Below the pieces are notes generated by a model, which did not search any database, was not told the DNA's origin, and saw only the letters and a program-made list of their open reading frames with translations. Below, piece after piece: positions 30,443 through 30,611 of a DNA stretch of 30,611 nt (its first letter is position 1; each line of letters opens with the position of its first letter). Source of the DNA: Craspedostauros australis (Eukaryota); contig JALAGF010001187.1 in assembly GCA_030167865.1 (NCBI GenBank), forward strand, positions 62,001 through 92,611, given 5' to 3'. The translations under genes were made by a program, and so were the position numbers.

Positions 30443-30611
30443 TCGCGATGCAACACGGCGTCATTGGTCATGTCTCAGGGGTTCCTTTCCGTGCGCCTGT
30501 CTTGCTTTTCTGACGTCATGGGATCTGAGGTAATGATTTTTTACTTTTTGATTTCGATGTCATCCACCACGCTCCTGACAACAACACCAAAATCCTGGCA
30601 AGGGTGTAACA

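Noticed and set aside
30052-30533. ORFs spanning the N-run
   Set aside because: Artefacts of the assembly gap.

Overview
Eukaryotic genomic DNA with GT-AG spliceosomal introns. It is most likely a diatom or other stramenopile, inferred from a DUF6824 protein, a diatom-style PPR protein, an M6 protease with a PT-repeat stalk and an RRL propeptide motif. There are about 9 protein-coding genes: a DUF6824 protein (+), a 2-exon M6/immune-inhibitor-A-type metalloprotease with mucin stalk and GPI-like tail (+), a hypothetical protein (-), a small orphan ORF (-), a ~1260-aa PPR protein (+), a histone-fold protein (+), a 4-exon CTL/SLC44 choline-transporter-like gene (-), a 3-exon receptor gene (-) and an SF-assemblin-like coiled-coil protein (+). 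There are also microsatellites and a 210-N assembly gap. The standout is the 3-exon gene at 21606..25717 (-), which the ORF track splits into three unrelated ORFs. Spliced, it encodes a ~1150-aa single-pass receptor: signal peptide, class-C-GPCR/ANF-type Venus-flytrap ligand-binding domain, TM helix, coiled coil, cytoplasmic PARP-family (H-Y-I, mono-ART type) domain and a C-terminal WWE domain. It is a candidate 'receptor ADP-ribosyltransferase'. All domain calls are by eye from motifs; no database search was run.
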